A stretch of DNA of 64,000 nucleotides, taken from the NCBI GenBank assembly GCA_013265495.1, contig MU057887.1:1873985-1937984 (forward strand), written 5' to 3'. Below the pieces are notes generated by a model. That model was given only the letters and a program-made list of their open reading frames with translations. It made no database searches and was not told where the DNA came from. A program made the translations under genes and the position numbers. Position 1 is the first letter of the stretch. Each line of letters opens with the position of its first letter. Origin of the DNA: Vicugna vicugna (Eukaryota). This document shows, one piece after another, positions 62,648 through 64,000 of the stretch.

Positions 62648-64000
62648 GAAAGGGGTTTTTATGAGCCCAAGTCCCCAGCCGTCCATTTGGAATGTGAGCC
62701 AGAGGACCCATGATCCTGATGACCAGACAGAGGTCCAATGGAGGTGGAGAAGCCTGGCAGGCCTCGGGTGGGCAGGGGGCACCTGTGGGCAGAGTGCCCG
62801 CCTCGCCCCCCTTGGAGGTGGGTCTCTGGGGTCTGGCGCTTGGCTGCTCTCTGTGGAAGAGGGCTGGGGGTGGGGGACGCTGGTGTCGGAGCTGCATGTC
62901 AGGTCTGGGTGGGCAGTGGAGGTGGTGTGGGCTGGCCCGGCCCTGCTGCCTGTTTGGGGGTAGCTGTGTGGTACCCCCGGCTGGGCTTGTCTTCTGGGTG
63001 ATCATGGGTGTGACCCAGGGGCATGGGAGGTCGGGATGGAAGCGGGGGGCCCTGCTGGCTGGGTCACCACAGGACCTGGCTTGTCTCAAGCTCCCTCTCC
63101 TCCACTCCCTCCCAGGGACCCCAGGCCCCTGTTCCCTGCACAGACTGACTTCCTCCCATCCCCGGGTCAGCCCTGTCCGCGATCAGTGTCCCCTCTGGGC
63201 CCGTGTCCTGGGCCCCACGGCTCAGCGTGCAGGGCACCGTTGTGGATGAAGGTTCTGCTCCTTGAAGCCCAGGGCTCAGGAGAGAGGGCCCGATTGGGCC
63301 TGCGGGGGTCGCTGCCCACCGCTCGCCCCCTCCGCCTTGCCCGCTGGAGTCGGGTGGCCTACGACTGGGGCGGAGACGGTGGGTGCCTGGCCCAGCGGCT
63401 CTTTCTCGTGCACTGGACTCTGTTGCTCGAGACCACACTTGCCAGCTCGTTCCAGGAGGACACTTCCCCGCAGAGCTCAGACTTCATTTATGAAAGCAGA
63501 CGATGCCGAAGAGGGAGAGCGCGTGCACAGGACAGCCCTGCACAGGTCCGAGGCCGCGCGGGGGCGTCAGGGAGCCCGGCGCGGCGGGAGGGGCGCCTCA
63601 CGAGGAAGGGGGGGGGGAGCCGGGAGACCCGCCTGGAAAGGGTACCTGGACAGGTGATTTTTTTGTTGTTTCCTTTATTACTCCTTAAAGAAGTCATAGT
63701 TGATTTACGATGTGGAGTGGGTGACTCAGCCCTACATACGTGTTCTTTATCGTATTCTTTTCCTTACAGGGTACAGGGAACTCTGTTCAGTAGCTTGGGG
63801 AGGTGACTGTAACTTACGAATTTGTAGGGAAGAAGTGAGGCCGGGTCAGGAAAAAGCACAGTGATTCTGTGGCACAAGCTAACTCCTGAGGCCGGCCTGA
63901 CCTCGCGTGCTTGTGCAAGAACGTTCATGAAGGGAACCGCAGGGGGGCCCATCGTCCAGCCTGCCTACCTGCGAGGCCCCCGGGGCGGCCCTCCGGGTGG

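Noticed and set aside
1..64000. A novel multi-gene biological system, or a named locus
   Set aside because: No supported coding exons or RNA genes. I cannot identify the neighbouring gene from sequence alone.

Overview
This is mammalian genomic DNA, most likely camelid. That call rests on tRNA-Ala-type SINEs resembling the camelid Vic-1 family and on lineage-type L1 3' ends, recognised from memory rather than by a database search. I find no credible protein-coding gene, functional RNA gene or novel multi-gene system. The ORF track is explained by GC-rich noise, simple repeats and dead transposon frames. The window reads as a GC-rich gene desert or very large intron with four kinds of content. 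(i) A near-complete fossil Charlie1 hAT transposon (about 14.9-19.8 kb), split by a nested stack of L1, MaLR LTR, ERV1 solo LTR and SINE. (ii) A Zaphod/Tip100-type hAT remnant with a readable dimerisation domain. (iii) Four ERV1-type solo LTRs, many L1/L2/MIR/MaLR fragments, and one 5'-inverted (twin-primed) L1. (iv) Several non-repetitive AT-rich islands rich in homeodomain, PBX-HOX, MEIS, TCF or SOX motifs, which look like developmental enhancers. The most interesting window-wide signal is that copies of the same repeat are strongly AT->GC shifted in some places and not others. This suggests patchy GC-biased gene conversion, which may have turned an old LTR into a CpG-island-like patch. Repeat subfamily names are from recall and boundaries are approximate unless a TSD or TIR is quoted.
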